From: a virus
Reading direction: 5' to 3' (one strand)
Virus record (IMG/VR): IMGVR_UViG_3300045988_021932
Coordinates: 1-5,462 of that record
Length of the DNA stretch: 5,462 bases
Both the position numbers and the translations under genes were made by a program. Each line of letters opens with the position of its first letter. Positions within the stretch are counted from its first letter, which is position 1. Below the pieces are notes generated by a model that saw nothing but the letters and a program-made list of their open reading frames with translations, did not search any database and was not told where the DNA came from. Below, piece after piece: positions 4,007-5,462 of the stretch.

Positions 4007-4870
4007 TTATTTACCTCCCCCCAATTTGTCTTTCCAGTAGTTTCCGAAGTTGCTGCCGATGTACTGATTGTTCCTAGGCGTTGTTCCGGCTGCTGTGTCT
4101 TTTTTTTCTTTTTTGCCGCCTCCAGCTGCTGTGCTTTTGCCGCTGTTGTTGTTTTGGTTGAGCCATCCGGTTAAGTCCGGGAAATCCGTCTGATAGCTGT
4201 TATAACCGCTACTGTGCTGCTCTCCGTGCGAGTCTGTCCATGACCAGCTTTCTGCTTTGGTCTTGCTGTAGTTTGCTACTGTGCCGGAGATTGTCGGCAT
4301 ACTAGCCGATTGTGTCCCGACGCTTGGTGCGCTCATGCTGCTCTGTCCAATGGTCCCTTGTGCTCCGCCCGGTGTGCTTGCTCCGCCTTGCTGGTATGCG
4401 AGTATTGGATTCAACCCCGCTTTTTTCATGTCGGCCATTGCTCTTTGGTAGCTCGTGTTGCTCATACGCTCTTGCCATGCCCTGTTAGCCGCCGCCTCTG
4501 CTGAGTTGTAGGACATCGCTGCATCCTGCTGGATGCGATTATAAACGCCCTGCTGGATAGCTCCCAGAGTGTTTAAGCCCAGTGCCATGAGAGAGTTCTT
4601 ATTGTTTTGCTGACTCTGCATTCCTTGCGCTTGCTGACTTTGCCCAAGAAAGTATTTTGCAAGCTCTTTTGTTTGGTCAACATTTACGCCGCTTTCTCCG
4701 GTCATTGTTGACCCGCTTGCGCCTTGGCTTGTCTGGTATCCGCTAGAGCTTGTTACTCCACTTCCGGATGTGCCTTTGAGCGCGTTGAAGATTCCTGTTC
4801 CGGCGTTTATGAGCGTGCTTACTCCGCCTAGTAATTTTGCGCCTGCTCCTAGTGCTGCTAAAAATGACAT
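4007..4870 (-). CDS. VP2: Minor capsid / DNA pilot protein VP2, 287 aa.
   Basis: The N-terminus is Gly/Ala-rich ([16 protein letters not shown]) and the body is Gly/Ser/Gln-rich. The segment [30 protein letters not shown] matches the conserved block I recall in gokushovirus VP2 proteins. The position between VP1 and Rep also fits. Confidence 0.88.
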   Translation of the reverse strand: MSFLAALGAGAKLLGGVSTLINAGTGIFNALKGTSGSGVTSSSGYQTSQGASGSTMTGESGVNVDQTKELAKYFLGQSQQAQGMQSQQNNKNSLMALGLNTLGAIQQGVYNRIQQDAAMSYNSAEAAANRAWQERMSNTSYQRAMADMKKAGLNPILAYQQGGASTPGGAQGTIGQSSMSAPSVGTQSASMPTISGTVANYSKTKAESWSWTDSHGEQHSSGYNSYQTDFPDLTGWLNQNNNSGKSTAAGGGKKEKKDTAAGTTPRNNQYIGSNFGNYWKDKLGGGK

Positions 4871-4875
4871 GTACT

Positions 4876-4900
4876 AAAATAGCCGGGTTTTGCCCCGGCT
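4876..4900 (-). terminator. Intergenic hairpin plus short T-tract between VP1 and VP2, probably a partial terminator or attenuator.
   Basis: The gene strand reads AGCCGGG-gcaaaa-CCCGGCT followed by ATTTTAG. The 7-bp stem is 4900..4894 with 4887..4881. It lies between the VP1 stop (4911..4913) and the VP2 ATG (4870). Confidence 0.6.
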
Positions 4901-4901
4901 T

Positions 4902-4906
4902 CCTCC
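4902..4906 (-). promoter_or_regulatory. Shine-Dalgarno GGAGG located 31 nt upstream of the VP2 ATG, separated from it by the 20-nt hairpin.
   Basis: The gene strand reads TAAgaaaGGAGGa[hairpin]attttagtacATG. There is no other purine-rich SD and no alternative start codon nearer to it. Confidence 0.5.
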
Positions 4907-4910
4907 TTTC

Positions 4911-5462
4911 TTAGTGATGGTCGATGAGTCCCGGAATACTGTAGACCGGCATACACCGCGTTGTTTTGTTCATAAAGTAAAAGTCTGCGATAAAGTCCGG
5001 CTGAGACTGTACTGCAAGAGTCCGCTTCATCTCGGCTTCGCCTTGTTCCATCCAAGTGGTGCTCAGAGTAGGCAGTGCGTTGTAGTCCTGTGCATAGTGC
5101 CATGCATCGAGACTCTGTTGTGCGTTGCTTCGGAAAAGACCGGTAACCTTGCTCGGCTTATACCGATAGTCGGCCCATGCTTCCTGGTAGCCGAATGCCT
5201 CGTTGTCCTTTGCGTTGCCCTGTGCATAGATTTCTTTGTTAAGAATAGCCTGTTCGCCGATGTTTGCCAGTACCGGCCAGTAGTAGTCATATCGTCCGGT
5301 GCGGCTCCACATGCGTTCGATGCCCTGCTGATAGGTCTGGTCGGTTCGCACCACTGCGAGTCCCATGATAAAGCCGTGTTCTGTAAAGGACTTGGTAAAC
5401 ATAGGTTTGTTCATGGTGGTCACACTCAGCGCCGCCGTGTTGCCCAGCGGACTTGTGTTGTC
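4911..5462 (-). CDS. VP1: Major capsid protein VP1, C-terminal part. It is the same gene as 1..1163, and its last 77 nt duplicate 1..77.
   Basis: The ORF-track protein reads ...RYDYYWPVLANIGEQAI...TTRCMPVYSIPGLIDHH with a stop at 4911..4913. This C-terminus is typical of gokushovirus VP1, and the frame is open up to the right window edge. Confidence 0.93.
   Translation of the reverse strand, partial: DNTSPLGNTAALSVTTMNKPMFTKSFTEHGFIMGLAVVRTDQTYQQGIERMWSRTGRYDYYWPVLANIGEQAILNKEIYAQGNAKDNEAFGYQEAWADYRYKPSKVTGLFRSNAQQSLDAWHYAQDYNALPTLSTTWMEQGEAEMKRTLAVQSQPDFIADFYFMNKTTRCMPVYSIPGLIDHH
5386..5462. repeat. Terminal direct repeat, copy 2 (identical to 1..77).
   Basis: Same evidence as copy 1. Position 5386 corresponds to position 1. 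Confidence 0.95.

Noticed and set aside
147-4504. All plus-strand ORFs in the track: 147..413, 1051..1260, 1124..1678, 1551..1940, 2033..2485, 2178..2417, 2344..2640, 2925..3245, 3771..4040, 3959..4174 and 4310..4504.
   Set aside because: They are antisense shadows of well-supported minus-strand genes or run through the non-coding repeats. Their products are Cys/Phe/Leu/Val-rich and low in complexity, none has an SD, and Microviridae encode all genes on one strand.
4858-5290. Alternative-frame minus-strand ORFs inside VP1 (4858..5103 and 5063..5290).
   Set aside because: They have no SD and their products are Arg/Thr-rich off-frame sequence. ORF 4858..5103 would also have to read through the terminator hairpin and the VP2 start.

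Overview
This window is a complete, circularly permuted genome of a small ssDNA phage of the family Microviridae, with Gokushovirinae-like gene content. Bases 1..77 are identical to 5386..5462, so the unit genome is a 5385-nt circle and the window is a linearised assembly with a 77-nt overlap. All credible genes lie on the minus strand. The circular order is: consensus promoter (2414..2386), a 61-aa orphan ORF, a 39-aa highly basic ORF8/J-like DNA-binding protein, a VP5-like small protein, the VP3 internal scaffold, the VP1 major capsid (545 aa, GTG start, spans the window junction), an attenuator hairpin, the VP2 pilot/minor capsid protein, and the VP4 HUH rolling-circle Rep. Most genes are chained by overlapping or abutting stop/start codons (TAATG, ATGAGTGA, GTGA, TAAATG) and have strong GGAGG-type Shine-Dalgarno sites. 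The unusual part is a non-coding region of about 570 nt (2415..2983), very large for this family. It contains seven perfect same-orientation copies of TTCAACA in three tandem clusters, and a perfect DnaA box (TTATCCACA) with three near-consensus boxes, two of them forming the arms of a hairpin. It also contains an AT-rich tract, a (CTA)5 microsatellite, a duplicated alternating purine/pyrimidine GC-rich 13-mer, an 11-mer duplicated around an AACTTG core, and four strong stem-loops. One of those stem-loops looks like an intrinsic terminator pointing antisense to every gene. I read this region as a candidate replication-control and complementary-strand-origin module with plasmid-like or CRESS-like architecture. 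That reading is inference from sequence only.
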